Shown piece after piece: positions 62,851 to 64,000 of a stretch of 64,000 nucleotides of DNA. How positions within the stretch are numbered: position 1 is the stretch's first letter; every line of letters begins with the position of its first letter. The notes under the pieces were generated by a model. The model ran no database searches and was not told where the DNA came from. It worked only from the letters and a program-made list of their open reading frames with translations. This DNA comes from Pavona decussata. Taxonomy: Eukaryota. A program made the translations under genes and the position numbers. Location of the stretch: contig CDRNST010000186.1 in NCBI GenBank assembly GCA_977016875.1, forward strand, positions 2,790,001 through 2,854,000, given 5' to 3'.

Positions 62851-64000
62851 TTCAACCATAAAAATCTTATCGTAATTTTTTCACCCATTTATCAACAATA
62901 GGGCTATTATCAAGTATAAAATCGTCATAGTGTTGCCTTTTGCTACAGAATTCTTGAGAATTAATTTCACCAGATCTCAAAATGTCTATTATCTCATTTA
63001 AAAGGTGCCCATATGTTTGAAAAGCGTATAGGCATTATCAACCTCTACATCCTTATGCTTCATATATGATTGAATTAAAACGGAAATAGCTGATATAGCC
63101 ACCAAACTGACTCCTGAAGTGATAGCTCCTGTGGCAAATATTATGAATCAAATATCACCAGTCAGCTTCCATTTTCTTAAGGTTATCGGATACCTTCGCG
63201 GGTGTCCTTCGCGAAAAAAAGTATTTGCGCGCTGTCTTAAATGCAACAACCATAAACTATATATTAGTACAAAGCTAATGAAATGTACTATCCGGTAAAA
63301 TTTATTTCGCATTGATTTTTTCTAGCCGTAGGGAGAGTGCGTCCCAAAAGCCCAAAACGACTGATGTCTCTTTGAGCGAATTTATCGGGTATGGAATTCG
63401 ACCGCAAAATCAAAACTACTGCATCATATCAATCACAAGGCATTAATCTTCCAAATCGTGTGAGGCTTTTTCGATATTCCTATTGGCTGCTTCGTAATTA
63501 TATTGTCAATTTTGATGATAAAAATCTCACCGATACGTTTTACGACGAAGGCCATTGCGGGAGATCAATTTTACAAAACGGAAATCCCTCACACAATGTT
63601 TTTGCTTGGTGTCTTGGGAATTTTCTGGCCAAATTTCAAGGCAATCCGTCAAATCCTTGTACCGTATAAATTACTTTAAAGAGAGCACACTCGCGTAAAA
63701 ACAAAGTAGGTTTTTTCCGCTTCTAAAGGTTTACAAACATTTCACGCCCTTGCCGCGCCATATTTCAACACTGTGGATGCCGCCGACGTCGAAAGCCGAT
63801 AGAATTACAGAAGACCTACTGCTGAGTCCCCTGAGATAACTGGTATCGCGCCAGAAAATAGTTGAGTGCGTGACTGCAGTTTTATTACCACTCAGAATTT
63901 CTCGGATTTCCTTGCGAAATGCCGGGCAGAAAAAATTCTTCGAAGAAAAGGAAAACTGCAGCGGCCTCGACGGTGAGCCCCATCGATCCGAAAGAACAGC

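Overview
Eukaryotic, AT-rich animal genomic DNA with GT-AG introns and assembly gaps. The repeat content and domain repertoire suggest a cnidarian, probably a stony coral (inference). One long minus-strand, multi-exon locus dominates. Its 3' part (29391->7126, last exons not in the window) is a HELZ2-like protein: CCCH zinc finger, SF1 helicase 1, RNB exoribonuclease, SF1 helicase 2. Upstream on the same strand, with compatible splice phases, lie a TPR-like segment, an 8-aa repeat exon, two TRADD-N-like exons and a GT4 (GT-B) glycosyltransferase exon starting at ATG 59810. The simplest model is one GT4-TRADDN-TRADDN-TPR-CCCH-helicase-RNB-helicase protein of >3,600 aa, a candidate innate-immune RNA sensor/effector. 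The GT4 donor falls in an N-gap, and an alternative stop-containing exon exists, so a two-gene model cannot be excluded. The introns and upstream flank hold many mobile elements: an ALOG/tyrosine-recombinase DIRS-like retrotransposon whose pol and YR frames open at splice acceptors and whose three ORFs are each followed by AATAAA, Penelope elements with variant hammerhead ribozymes, a Ty3/Gypsy remnant, LINE fragments, a tRNA-SINE, MITEs and a Polinton polB fragment. All exon models were built by eye; no database searches were run.
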